Shown piece after piece: positions 1 through 8,234 of a stretch of 26,974 bases of DNA (position 1 is the stretch's first letter; each line of letters begins with the position of its first letter). The position numbers were made by a program, and so were the translations under genes. A model generated the notes under the pieces. It did not search any database, had not been told where the DNA came from, and saw only the letters and a list, made by a program, of their open reading frames with translations. This DNA comes from Acidobacteriota bacterium. GTDB lineage: Bacteria; Acidobacteriota; Blastocatellia; Pyrinomonadales; Pyrinomonadaceae. Location: the NCBI GenBank assembly GCA_013140875.1, contig JABFSB010000248.1:1-26974 (forward strand), read 5' to 3'.

Positions 1-1506
1 GTCCTCGGGCTGGGCGACGTAATTGAACCGCGAGTAATCCATCAGTGTGGGCGTGTGGCCCATTTTGTGTACCCAATTGCGGTCGCGTACCTTATCCTGC
101 GGATAATTGGAGCTGGCCTTCATGTTGTGCTGGAAGCCAAGCGTATGCCCGACCTCATGGGCCGCAACATACTCGATCAAGGTGCCCATCAGGTCGTCGG
201 GCATCGGCAGTTTCTGAACGCGTTTGTCCAACGCTCCGGCCTGAAGGAAATACCATGAACGCTGGAGGTTCATGATGTTGTGATAGAACTGGATGTCCGA
301 TTCGAGGATCTCGCCGGTGCGCGGGTCGCTGACGTGTGGACCCGACGCGTTCTCGATCGTCGACGGCAGCCAGCGAATTACAGAATATCTTGCATCTTCG
401 GGGCTGAAGTCCGGGTCCTCTTTTTTGGTCGGAGCCATCTTCGCGATGATCGCGTTCTTGAAACCGGCGGCCTCAAAAGCTTTCTGCCATTTTTCGACGC
501 CCTTGATCATAAAGGGCCGCCATTTGACCGGCGTTGCGGCGTCGATGTAATAAACGATCGGCTTCACCGGTTCGGACATCTCGGCGTTCGGGTCTTTCTT
601 TTCCAGCCGCCAGCGGGTGATGTAGGTGCGCTGCTGGGCACGATGCTCGTCACGGCCGTAGTCAAAGTTATTGATCGAAAAATACCCGACGCGTTCGTCG
701 AAAAGACGCGGCATCATAGGATTTTCCGGCAGTTTGACCATGCTGAAATGAACCACGACCGTGGCGCTGCCCGGATTTATTCCGGCGCCGGTAAAGGGAT
801 TTCCCGGAGCCTGCGGAGCGCCGGCCGGCGGAGCGATTCGCGTGTAGGTTTGCGACGCTTCGGCCTCGATATTTTGTGGATAAGGCGAGATGCGTTCGAT
901 GAAAGAGCGGGTCGGGTCCATCGTCGTCGCGTTTAAACGCTGACGGGCGCTGAACTCGAAGATGTCGGTCGTAAACAGCCGACCGACCTCGATCACCGCG
1001 GTTTCGTTATTCGGCCCCCAGGCCGCAACATTGAATGCCATCAATATCGTGTCGTTGTTCGAGGCCTCGACCGCCTGCGCGATGGGCAGTTTCGGATCGG
1101 CGACCACACTGTAATTGATGTTGCGAAGGTAGATCTTATTGTTGTCGCCCATCTCCCAACGGACAACGCGGCGGCCAAGCGCCTGCCCGCCGTAGCCGAC
1201 GCCGAGCGTGGTGCGGGCTATTTGCGTAACCCACAAATACTCTTTGCCAAGCTCGCTTTTTGGGATTTCGTAATAAAACTTGTCCTTTACCTGATGAACT
1301 TTAAAGAGGCCGCTTTTGGTCTTGGCGTCTTTGGTGATCACCTTCTCATAAGGCTGCGGATCGTTCGACGGCGGCGTAAAGCCGGGACGGGCACCGGCGG
1401 CGGCCGGCGGAGTTTCCTGCGGCATCGGGTCCTGTGCTATAAGCACGAAGGCCGGCGCCATCAACAAAAGGCAGAGCGTCAATGCTAAGGTCGGGGTGCG
1501 TCTCAT
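1..1506 (-). CDS. Secreted zinc-dependent metalloprotease (metzincin-like, DUF5117/DUF5118/DUF4953 architecture), 3'-truncated by window edge
   Basis: Manual translation of the reverse strand from ATG at 1506 is open to base 1 (502 codons). N-terminus MRRTPTLALTLCLLLMAPAFVLIAQD is a signal peptide. It contains RLFDERVGYF, WQKAFEAAGFKNAI, DARYSVIRW, GPHVSDPRTGEILE, the zinc motif HEVGHTLGFQHNM (159-121) and TLMDYSRFNYVAQPED. Absent from the ORF track because it has no stop inside the window. Confidence 0.9.
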   Translation of the reverse strand, partial: MRRTPTLALTLCLLLMAPAFVLIAQDPMPQETPPAAAGARPGFTPPSNDPQPYEKVITKDAKTKSGLFKVHQVKDKFYYEIPKSELGKEYLWVTQIARTTLGVGYGGQALGRRVVRWEMGDNNKIYLRNINYSVVADPKLPIAQAVEASNNDTILMAFNVAAWGPNNETAVIEVGRLFTTDIFEFSARQRLNATTMDPTRSFIERISPYPQNIEAEASQTYTRIAPPAGAPQAPGNPFTGAGINPGSATVVVHFSMVKLPENPMMPRLFDERVGYFSINNFDYGRDEHRAQQRTYITRWRLEKKDPNAEMSEPVKPIVYYIDAATPVKWRPFMIKGVEKWQKAFEAAGFKNAIIAKMAPTKKEDPDFSPEDARYSVIRWLPSTIENASGPHVSDPRTGEILESDIQFYHNIMNLQRSWYFLQAGALDKRVQKLPMPDDLMGTLIEYVAAHEVGHTLGFQHNMKASSNYPQDKVRDRNWVHKMGHTPTLMDYSRFNYVAQPED

Positions 1507-1658
1507 CGGAAAAAATCCTCCTGGAAATATTGCAGGTTAGCGCTCACGCCCACTGAAAGCGTCCGAACGGCAGTGACAATTATGCCGTACCGACGCAGCC
1601 CGCGGGCGATCACATTTTCGAATAAACTTCTCTTTTTTTGAACTGAACGGGTCGAGTA

Positions 1659-1688
1659 TTTATAGCACCGAATGGCGCAGTAATGCAA
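1659..1688 (-). promoter_or_regulatory. Candidate sigma70 promoter for the metalloprotease
   Basis: Minus strand TTGCAT-N18-TATAAA with TG just upstream of the -10 (TGcTATAAA), about 150 nt upstream of ATG 1506. Confidence 0.35.
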
Positions 1689-1749
1689 TGAAATGGGAGT
1701 GTGGCGGCAAGTTATTTAAAATTAGAGCAGGGACAAAGTTCGTCAGGAG

Positions 1750-1980
1750 TTATTTAGCTTCGGCCGGTAGCGAACCCATCGAACGCAGGAACGCTTCAAG
1801 GCCGCCGATCTCGGAACGTGTCTTGGCGACCATGACGTTGGCGGCCGAAACGGCATCGCTCACTACAAGGCGCGGAAGCGGCGTTCGCGGCGTGTCGGTA
1901 ATTTTTTCATCAAGGATCGAGCGGAGCGCCGAACGTCCGCTGACGACATTAAAATTCTGTTCTGATAGTGTATTTTTCAT
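1750..1980 (-). CDS. Small hypothetical protein (76 aa, MKNTLSEQNF...)
   Basis: Strong SD-like GGGAGGGGAG directly before ATG 1980, inside track ORF 1750..2013; sigma54-type promoter about 50 nt upstream. No family recognised. Confidence 0.6.
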   Translation of the reverse strand: MKNTLSEQNFNVVSGRSALRSILDEKITDTPRTPLPRLVVSDAVSAANVMVAKTRSEIGGLEAFLRSMGSLPAEAK

Positions 1981-2028
1981 TTGCTCCCCTCCCAAAGGCC
2001 CTACCTCGGCCATTTCGATAGATGTTAG

Positions 2029-2044
2029 TGCAAGCTACGTGCCA
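2029..2044 (-). promoter_or_regulatory. Sigma54 (RpoN) -24/-12 promoter
   Basis: Minus strand TGGCACG-TAGC-TTGCA is an exact match to the consensus TGGCACG-N4-TTGCW, correctly oriented toward ORF 1750..1980. Confidence 0.72.
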
Positions 2045-2228
2045 TGTAAGCCAACACATTGTATCTGCTGGGTTTACGCGATCTCACCTTTCTCGCGTCG
2101 GTTGAGAAGGACACCAATTTGCACGATTTCCGCTCATTCCGTGCAGAACGATTTCTTCCGCGGCCACGTCTGACAGGCCGTCGGTATACCGCATTGCGTT
2201 ATGCTAACCTGAGTGGGTTCTAATCGAG

Positions 2229-3305
2229 ATGAATTTTTTCGAAGATATCAGGCGGCCATTCGAGTTAATGCGGGTCTCGGGCATACCCGTTCGAGCCGGA
2301 CGCGCGTGGTTTTTAGTGCTTATTCTGATGACCGTTATCACCGCGGCGAGCGTTCAGGGCCAGGTCGCAAATTGGATCGCAAGCATCGCACTTGGAGCCG
2401 CCGCCACGGTCGTATTTTTCGCTTCGATCTTTCTGCATGAGCTGGCCCACGCCGTCTCCGCCCGTTTGGAAAAGATCGGCGTGGTCGAGATCGTCCTTCA
2501 CCCGTTCGGCGGCTTGACGCGGTTCGTCCATGAGCCAAAAACACCGCGGGCTGAGTTTAGGATCGCGATCGCCGGGCCGGCGGCGAGTTTTGTGCTGGCC
2601 GTCGCCTTTGCGCTGCTGATGACGGCGGCAAGCGTGAGCGGGCTTGATATCCTCCGCGACCTGTTATTGCTGTTGGCCCTTGCAAACTTCTTGTTGGCCG
2701 TCTTCAACCTTCTTCCGGGTTATCCGCTGGACGGCGGCCGCGTCTTGCGGGCTTACCTGTGGCGTAACGGCAAAGACCTGAACGAGGCGACCATCCTTAC
2801 CGGGCGATGCGGACAAGTGATCGCGGTCGTGCTGGTCGTGAGTGGATTATTTTTTGCGGTTGGAAGAGGGCAGTTCTTTACCGGATTTTGGGCAATGCTG
2901 ACGGGATTTTTTCTGTTCGATTCGGCACGCGGGATCATTGCCGCCGGATACGCGGCCAGCCACAAACTGGTGGACGATGTAATGAGACTGCCCGCCGTTG
3001 TCAGGCCCGACATAACCTTGCAGGAGTTCATCGATAAACTGCTGCCGATGAATCGTCAGCCGGCATTTCCCGTCGCGGAAGACAGGCAGCTTTACGGTAT
3101 CCTGAGCCTTGAAGATATGATGGCGGTGCCGCGGCCCGACCTGCGGCGTCTAACGGTTCGCGAAACAATGAGGACCGTGACCGAAGAGATGTTCGTTGAG
3201 TTGGGTGCGCCGCTTTCCGAGGCCCGGGAGCTGATGAGCGGGAACGGCGTCAAAGCCGTAGGCGTAATAGATCACGAAGGAAAACTCGTCGGATTTCTGG
3301 TTTAA
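2229..3305 (+). CDS. Site-2 protease (peptidase M50, SpoIVFB-like) with C-terminal CBS pair
   Basis: HELAH zinc motif, FRIAIAGPAAS, NLLPGYPLDGGR (NxxPxxxLDGG), multiple TM segments, and two CBS-like repeats (VDDVMR...FPVAEDRQLYGILS; VRETMR...VGVIDHEGKLVG). Confidence 0.92.
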   Translation: MNFFEDIRRPFELMRVSGIPVRAGRAWFLVLILMTVITAASVQGQVANWIASIALGAAATVVFFASIFLHELAHAVSARLEKIGVVEIVLHPFGGLTRFVHEPKTPRAEFRIAIAGPAASFVLAVAFALLMTAASVSGLDILRDLLLLLALANFLLAVFNLLPGYPLDGGRVLRAYLWRNGKDLNEATILTGRCGQVIAVVLVVSGLFFAVGRGQFFTGFWAMLTGFFLFDSARGIIAAGYAASHKLVDDVMRLPAVVRPDITLQEFIDKLLPMNRQPAFPVAEDRQLYGILSLEDMMAVPRPDLRRLTVRETMRTVTEEMFVELGAPLSEARELMSGNGVKAVGVIDHEGKLVGFLV

Positions 3306-3318
3306 GAGGAGAAATTAA

Positions 3319-4248
3319 ATGCTGGCTGTTGTCGGTGCATTGGTTGCAAATGGAATAATCACGGCGTTGAAGTTTTTGGCGGCGGTGATGACCGGTTCGG
3401 CCGGAATGATGGCCGAGGCGTTTCACTCGCTGGCGGATACGACAAACCAGATCTTTCTATTGCTTGGATTGCGCTTCTTTCGGCGGCCGCCGTCGGAGCG
3501 ACACCACTTCGGGTACGGCAAGGAAAGGTTTTTCTGGTCGTTCATCGCGGCGGTTTTTATTTTCGGCGTCGGTGCAACCTATGCGATATATGAGGGATTC
3601 CAAAAGCTAAGGCACCCGCACGCTCCCGAGAATCTGGCTTGGGCCTATTGGATACTGGGAATTTCATTTGTGCTTGAGGCAGGCTCTATCGGTCTGGCCC
3701 TTTATCAGGAAACCCAGGAAGCAAAGCACGAGGGCCTTTCGCTTCGCGAGTATTTGAGAGAATCGAAAGACCCGACTGCGAAGACCGTTATCTTTGAGGA
3801 TTCGGCCGCTCTTATCGGGATCGTTATCGCTTTTGCGGGAATTTATTTGACCGATCACCACGTGATTCCCGGATTTGAGGCTTATTGGGACGGACTGGCT
3901 TCTATCCTGATCGGAGTTGTCCTGGCCATTGTGGCGTTCGTCCTGGCAAAAAGTACCCGCGGACTGCTCCTCGGCGAAGCGGCCACGCCCAAATCGCTGC
4001 ATGCGATTCGCGGGGCTATTAAAGAGCATCCAAATGTTAATAGGGTGGTCGAACTTTTGACGATGCACCTTGCTCCAAAGCAAATTTTGGTCAACGCGCA
4101 CGTCAATATGAAGGACTCTCTCACCAACACCGAGATAATCGACACCATCGCCGAGATCGAGGAAAGGATAAAGGCGGCCGAGCCGAAAGTCGATATGATA
4201 TTCTTGGAGACAGCGGGCCTGAAACCGACAAAAGCCGAAAAAACTTGA
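3319..4248 (+). CDS. Cation diffusion facilitator (CDF) family transporter, SLC30A9/ZnT9-like motif type
   Basis: AEAFHSLADTTNQ, HHFGYGKERFFWS, TM5 VIFEDSAA, YWDGLASILIG, C-terminal dimerisation domain (LLTMHLAP). Confidence 0.92.
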   Translation: MLAVVGALVANGIITALKFLAAVMTGSAGMMAEAFHSLADTTNQIFLLLGLRFFRRPPSERHHFGYGKERFFWSFIAAVFIFGVGATYAIYEGFQKLRHPHAPENLAWAYWILGISFVLEAGSIGLALYQETQEAKHEGLSLREYLRESKDPTAKTVIFEDSAALIGIVIAFAGIYLTDHHVIPGFEAYWDGLASILIGVVLAIVAFVLAKSTRGLLLGEAATPKSLHAIRGAIKEHPNVNRVVELLTMHLAPKQILVNAHVNMKDSLTNTEIIDTIAEIEERIKAAEPKVDMIFLETAGLKPTKAEKT

Positions 4249-4255
4249 GCTTCTA

Positions 4256-5095
4256 ATGCAGATCAGCGACTACATTCCGGCGATAAACAGCGTACGCAGC
4301 ATCATCGACATGGCGTTCGTATTTATTATCGTCTATGTGGTGCTGAAGCTGCTTCGCGGCACACGGGCAGTGCCGACGATCATCGGATTGGTGCTGCTGT
4401 TTTTGCTTTACTGGCTTGCGATCTCGCAGGACCTTTCCACTTTGGAATTCGTCCTTCGGTATGCGGTGGTTTATGTCGGATTCGCGATCATCGTCCTGTT
4501 CCAGTCGGAGATAAGGCAGGCGCTTATCTATTTCGCCAACCGGCTTCGATTTCCTATCTTGAGGCGGCAGCGTGGTCAGTTCGGCGGCAGCGTTTATGAC
4601 GAGATCGTTTTGGCGGTGACGACGCTGGCCTCGGAAAAGACCGGAGCCCTGATCGTGATCGAACGCAATGTCGGCCTTCGCAATTTTATCGACGCGGGCG
4701 TGCAGCTTGACGCAACCATCGGTTACGACTTGCTGGTAACGATTTTTAGTCCTTCGACGCCGCTGCACGATGGAGCCGTGATTATCCAGAACGAAAGATT
4801 GGCCGCCGCGTCGGTGTTCCTGCCGCTGACCAAAAATCCGGAAATTTCGCGTGAAATGGGCACGCGCCACCGCGCGGCCATCGGCATCACCGAAGGTTCG
4901 GATGCGATATCGATCGTCGTTTCCGAGGAAACCGGACTGATCACCTATGTCGAGGCCGGCCTGGTCAACCGAAAGGTAGACCCGACGTCGCTGCGAAGAC
5001 TTTTGCTTGAGGCGATGGAGATTCCGGTAACACAGCAGAAACGCGAGATCACCAAGACGATGAAGGAAGCCGACAGCGAATTAACCGTTGGATAG
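4256..5095 (+). CDS. cdaA: Diadenylate cyclase CdaA/DacA (c-di-AMP synthase)
   Basis: Three N-terminal TM helices, FQSEIRQAL, GALIVIER, LHDGAVII (DGA motif), LPLT, MGTRHRAAIGITE (RHR motif), VVSEETG. Confidence 0.95.
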   Translation: MQISDYIPAINSVRSIIDMAFVFIIVYVVLKLLRGTRAVPTIIGLVLLFLLYWLAISQDLSTLEFVLRYAVVYVGFAIIVLFQSEIRQALIYFANRLRFPILRRQRGQFGGSVYDEIVLAVTTLASEKTGALIVIERNVGLRNFIDAGVQLDATIGYDLLVTIFSPSTPLHDGAVIIQNERLAAASVFLPLTKNPEISREMGTRHRAAIGITEGSDAISIVVSEETGLITYVEAGLVNRKVDPTSLRRLLLEAMEIPVTQQKREITKTMKEADSELTVG

Positions 5096-5122
5096 AGGGC
5101 GCAAATTACCGAGACGGCCGTT

Positions 5123-6052
5123 ATGGTGACGAACACCGACAATTTTGTTCGCGATCCGCAAAGGAAACTCTATTTCAAGAATATCCTGCGGAAGATATTT
5201 TTTGAAGACTGGCTGATGAAACTGGTCGCGCTCGTCATCACGTTTGCACTTTGGGTAGGCGTAACCGGCCTGAGCAAACCGACCACGCAGCGGATGAACG
5301 GGATTCCGCTGACGCTTCGATTCGGAAACAATGTGGACGCGGCAACCACGACGCAGGAAATCGACATCATCATCAGCGGCGACAAGCGCAAGATCGATCA
5401 AATAAACCGCAACGATCTTGTCGTATCGCTTGATCTAACCGACGTTCCGCCGGGCGACCGGGTGATCCAAATGACGCCGAACACCGTTTCGATTACCCTG
5501 CCCAACGGCGTAAAGCTTGACGAGATTCAGCCGCCGCAGATTGTCGTAAAACTCGAGACCGTTCAGATAAAAGAAGTGCCTGTGAATGCCGTGACCGAAG
5601 GTCAGTTGCCGGAAGGTTTCGAGATCTACTCGCAGGCTGTTAACCCGCAAAAGATTAGCGTCCGCGGCCCGGCCACCTTGATCCGCGCGCTTTCGTCGGT
5701 CACCACGGACAAGATAGACCTATCCAACAGGAACGCCGATTTTACCGCCCGCCAGGTTTCGGTAAATGTTTCCAACCCCAAGGCCGTCTTGCTTGAAACC
5801 GTCGTGGACGTATCCTTCCGCATCGGCGAAAAACGCGTCGAACGCACGTTCCAGGTTCCGGTTAAAGGCGATTCGAAACATAAGGTGGCCGTCGTTCTTT
5901 ACGGAGCCAAATCTCTTTTCGACCAGCTAAAGCCCGAAGACATAACGGTCGAGATCGAAAAAGATGCGGCCGGAAAGGAAACGCCGACTGTAACGCTGCC
6001 GTCCTCGCTGGGGGCGAATGTCGAGATTAGAAAACCGAAAGCCGATCGCTAA
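5123..6052 (+). CDS. cdaR: CdaR/YbbR-like regulator of diadenylate cyclase
   Basis: Directly downstream of cdaA; N-terminal KLVALVITFALWVGV anchor; repeated YbbR-like beta domains (VSLDLTDVPPG, VNPQKISVRGP). Confidence 0.85.
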   Translation: MVTNTDNFVRDPQRKLYFKNILRKIFFEDWLMKLVALVITFALWVGVTGLSKPTTQRMNGIPLTLRFGNNVDAATTTQEIDIIISGDKRKIDQINRNDLVVSLDLTDVPPGDRVIQMTPNTVSITLPNGVKLDEIQPPQIVVKLETVQIKEVPVNAVTEGQLPEGFEIYSQAVNPQKISVRGPATLIRALSSVTTDKIDLSNRNADFTARQVSVNVSNPKAVLLETVVDVSFRIGEKRVERTFQVPVKGDSKHKVAVVLYGAKSLFDQLKPEDITVEIEKDAAGKETPTVTLPSSLGANVEIRKPKADR

Positions 6053-6090
6053 CTCTCAACCATTTAGAAAAAATCCTGCAAGTTGCTTTT

Positions 6091-6158
6091 GTCCTGCTCG
6101 TTCAGGACTTATCAGAAGTTTGTGCGGGCCCGCACGGACGATACCGCTTGATAAGTCC
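6091..6158 (+). promoter_or_regulatory. Structured intergenic element upstream of the beta-propeller gene (nested and alternative stems)
   Basis: Perfect 10-bp inverted repeat GGACTTATCA (6105-6114)/TGATAAGTCC (6149-6158) encloses hairpin GTTTGTGCG-GGCC-CGCACGGAC (6118-6139, two G.U pairs). A competing hairpin is GTCCTG (6091-6096)/CAGGAC (6103-6108). SD GGAG follows at 6164. Confidence 0.5.
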
Positions 6159-6175
6159 CCAACGGAGTGAAAGCA

Positions 6176-8152
6176 ATGAACAAAACCTTCTCGATCACAA
6201 CCGCGATCCTTGTAATAGCGGCGTCGGTATTTATCTTTTCTAACTCAAGTTTCAATGGTTCGGTCGCGGTTGCGAATACCGAAGTCGATCCAGCCGTCGC
6301 TGAATTGGCAAAGCCGAAGAGGGCGATGCGGGCATTCAGTTCGGAACAGGAACTGAAGGACTATTTCCGCGTGCTGGAAGAAAAACGCAAGCGCGATTCC
6401 GAGCGGCGGGCTGAGCAATCGAAGTCAGTGTCAACAAATTCGAGCGGCCTGGCGTCTCCGATGGCTTCGGCCGACGCCGAGAAATCGGCGAAAGAGGCCG
6501 ACGATTCCGTCACCAACAATCAGCACGCCGGTGTGGATGAAGGCGGCATCGTAAAACTGCACGGCGATCATCTTGTTATCCTGCGTCGCGGCCGGTTGTT
6601 TACCGTAAAGATCGGCGACAACGCGCTCAAACCCGTCGATGCCGTCGATGCGTTCGCTCCGGGCGTAAATCCGCAAAGCGATTGGTACGACGAGATGCTC
6701 GTGTCGGGCAACACGGTAGCCGTTATCGGATACAGCTACGGCCGCGGCGGGACCGAGGTCAATCTATTCGACATCGACGAACTCGGCGGCCTTGATTATC
6801 GCTCGACCTATCATCTTCGCTCGAACGATTATTATTCGTCGCGAAATTATGCCAGCCGTTTGATCGGCAGCAAGCTTATCTTTTACACGCCGATGTATCT
6901 CGGTTATTCCGGCGGCGATCCGATGAAGCAATTCCCGGCCGTCCGCAAATGGCATAACGGCGCAACGGACAAGGAATTCGAGCGGATAATTCCCGCGACC
7001 AGTATCTATCGGGCCGAACGGCCTGTGGAATCGAGTTACGGGCTGGCCCTGCACACTGTTACTACGTGCGATCTCGCAAGCCGCGAATTCTCATGCACCG
7101 CGACCGGAACGCTCGGCGCACCGGGCCGCGTATTCTATGTTTCGCCAAGTTCGGTTTATGTTTGGACGACCGATTGGCAGTACGGTCACCGCAACGGCGA
7201 TAAGCCGAAAAGCAATTCGATGCTATACAAAATGCCGCTCGACGGCACTGCGCCAAGCGCCGTCGGCGTGACCGGTTCGCCGGTGGACCAGTTCTCGTTT
7301 CTCGAAAGCGCAGACAATCATTTGAATGTCCTGGTCCGCTCGGACGGATACGGCGAGCAGATGTGGGGTTCGGAATTTGCCGCGGGCGACGTAGCTCTGT
7401 TCCGAATGCCGGTGGACAGTTTTTCGGATGGCAGCCTTGATGCTCCCGGCTATCGGTATCAGGAATTGCCGAAACCCGAAGGCTATACGTTCCAAAATAG
7501 ATTCGTCGGCGACTATTTACTCTACGGTACCGGCAGCGGCTGGGGCCGACCGGAGCAGAAAGATGCCGCTAATCTCTATGCCGTTAATTGGGCGAACGGC
7601 GAGGTCAACAACCTGCGGCTCAAGCACGGCGTCGACCGCATCGAGCAAATGGGCAAGGACGCGGTGGTCGTCGGAACTAATGGAAACGATCTGTACTTTT
7701 CACCAGTGCGTCTCGGTGAAACACCGGAAGTAAAGGAAAGCTATGCCCGCAAGAATGCGTCGCAAGGCGAGCTTCGCAGCCACGGCTTTTTCTACAAGCC
7801 CGACGGCCGCGATTCGGGCCTGCTTGGGTTGCCGATCGCCCGCGAAGGCCGTGCCGGCTATCGCCATCTGGTCGAGGGTTCGGCCGCTATTCTCTTCTTG
7901 CGAAACGAATCGCTGTCGTTCGACGAAATTGGAGAGATGGAAGCTAAGAACTTCTCTAACAACGACGGCTGCCGTGCGTCCTGCGTCGATTGGTACGGCA
8001 ACGCCCGACCGCTATTTGTTAAAAACCGAGTCTTCGCCCTGCTCGGCTACGAGATCGTCGAAGGCAACGTTTCTCGTGATCGTATACAGGAACTGCGGCG
8101 TATCAACTACTCGGCCCGCGTCAACGCAAAGCGAAGCGCCGATGAGGAATAA
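6176..8152 (+). CDS. Secreted beta-propeller domain protein (Beta_propel/COG4880-like)
   Basis: Signal/TM N-terminus; TNNQHAGVDEGGIVK matches the family TNxQxxGVDExDIVK motif; long beta-rich body. ATG 6176 preferred over GTG 6167 because SD GGAG lies at 6164-6167. Confidence 0.8.
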   Translation: MNKTFSITTAILVIAASVFIFSNSSFNGSVAVANTEVDPAVAELAKPKRAMRAFSSEQELKDYFRVLEEKRKRDSERRAEQSKSVSTNSSGLASPMASADAEKSAKEADDSVTNNQHAGVDEGGIVKLHGDHLVILRRGRLFTVKIGDNALKPVDAVDAFAPGVNPQSDWYDEMLVSGNTVAVIGYSYGRGGTEVNLFDIDELGGLDYRSTYHLRSNDYYSSRNYASRLIGSKLIFYTPMYLGYSGGDPMKQFPAVRKWHNGATDKEFERIIPATSIYRAERPVESSYGLALHTVTTCDLASREFSCTATGTLGAPGRVFYVSPSSVYVWTTDWQYGHRNGDKPKSNSMLYKMPLDGTAPSAVGVTGSPVDQFSFLESADNHLNVLVRSDGYGEQMWGSEFAAGDVALFRMPVDSFSDGSLDAPGYRYQELPKPEGYTFQNRFVGDYLLYGTGSGWGRPEQKDAANLYAVNWANGEVNNLRLKHGVDRIEQMGKDAVVVGTNGNDLYFSPVRLGETPEVKESYARKNASQGELRSHGFFYKPDGRDSGLLGLPIAREGRAGYRHLVEGSAAILFLRNESLSFDEIGEMEAKNFSNNDGCRASCVDWYGNARPLFVKNRVFALLGYEIVEGNVSRDRIQELRRINYSARVNAKRSADEE

Positions 8153-8166
8153 GCATTCCAATGAAT

Positions 8167-8234
8167 AAGCCTGCACGTTAGCAAGGGCGTAACATCCAAC
8201 GTTGAGCATTAGGCCCTTGCTAACGCGAGGGTTT
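8167..8234. repeat. REP/REPIN-like inverted repeat between convergent genes (likely also a terminator)
   Basis: Perfect 13-bp arms CGTTAGCAAGGGC (8176-8188) and GCCCTTGCTAACG (8213-8225), extendable to about 22 bp with mismatches. Confidence 0.62.

Noticed and set aside
45-1488. Plus-strand track ORFs (45..275, 55..258, 280..936, 293..550, 1222..1488)
   Set aside because: They are antisense shadows of the long minus-strand metalloprotease frame, which has clear family motifs.
6105-6158. SAM-I riboswitch (CTTATC...GGCCCG...GATAAG resemblance) or c-di-AMP riboswitch
   Set aside because: Only 34 nt lie between the outer arms, far too short for P2-P4 of SAM-I; ydaO consensus elements are absent.
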